DNA of 63,836 nt, filler included, from Octopus bimaculoides (Eukaryota): the NCBI RefSeq assembly GCF_001194135.2. It is 6 parts of 5 records of this genome, joined end to end, with 100 filler letters (N's around TTAATTAATTAA, not from the genome) between each part and the next. Parts side by side here need not be neighbours in the genome. Positions count along the whole stretch, not along the records: positions 49,613 to 63,836 come from NC_068982.1; 5 more parts are not named here. One strand, written 5' to 3'. The notes below the pieces were generated by a model. The model saw only the letters and a list, made by a program, of their open reading frames with translations, searched no databases and was not told the origin of the DNA. Position 1 is the first letter of the stretch, and each line of letters starts with the position of its first letter. This document shows positions 63,727 through 63,836 of this stretch, piece after piece. The position numbers were made by a program, and so were the translations under genes.

Positions 63727-63836
63727 GAGAAAAAGAGAAAGAGAAATAGAAAGAGGGAGAGAGAGGAAGAGAGGTATAGATAAATTGATATATAGATGAC
63801 AGATACATATATAGACATATATATATATATATATAT

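Overview
Repeat-dominated, AT-rich metazoan DNA. The SINE, LINE and microsatellite complement suggests an octopod cephalopod draft assembly (inference). The window is not one locus: five identical 100-bp linkers (44 N + TTAATTAATTAA + 44 N) join six scaffolds (1-10891, 10992-35648, 35749-37686, 37787-40854, 40955-49512, 49613-63836). No intact protein-coding gene is supportable, and most ORFs in the track are microsatellite or N artefacts. Recognisable content: several tRNA-headed SINE families; decayed LINEs (RTE, R4/Dong, Tx1/L1); a Penelope-like GIY-YIG end; Tc1, mariner, pogo-like, piggyBac-like and hAT elements; a solo LTR; an intron-containing tRNA-Lys(TTT)-like gene; a SAP-domain ORF fragment; and a ~0.9-kb pseudo-exon of unidentified protein. 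The most interesting signal is a set of minimal type-I hammerhead-ribozyme-like motifs in several sequence families. These include a ~295-bp palindrome with two divergent canonical-core motifs, a motif downstream of a tRNA-like Pol III promoter in a Penelope end, and recurrent non-canonical cores (CUGUUGA, CCGACGA). All calls were made by eye, with no database searches run.
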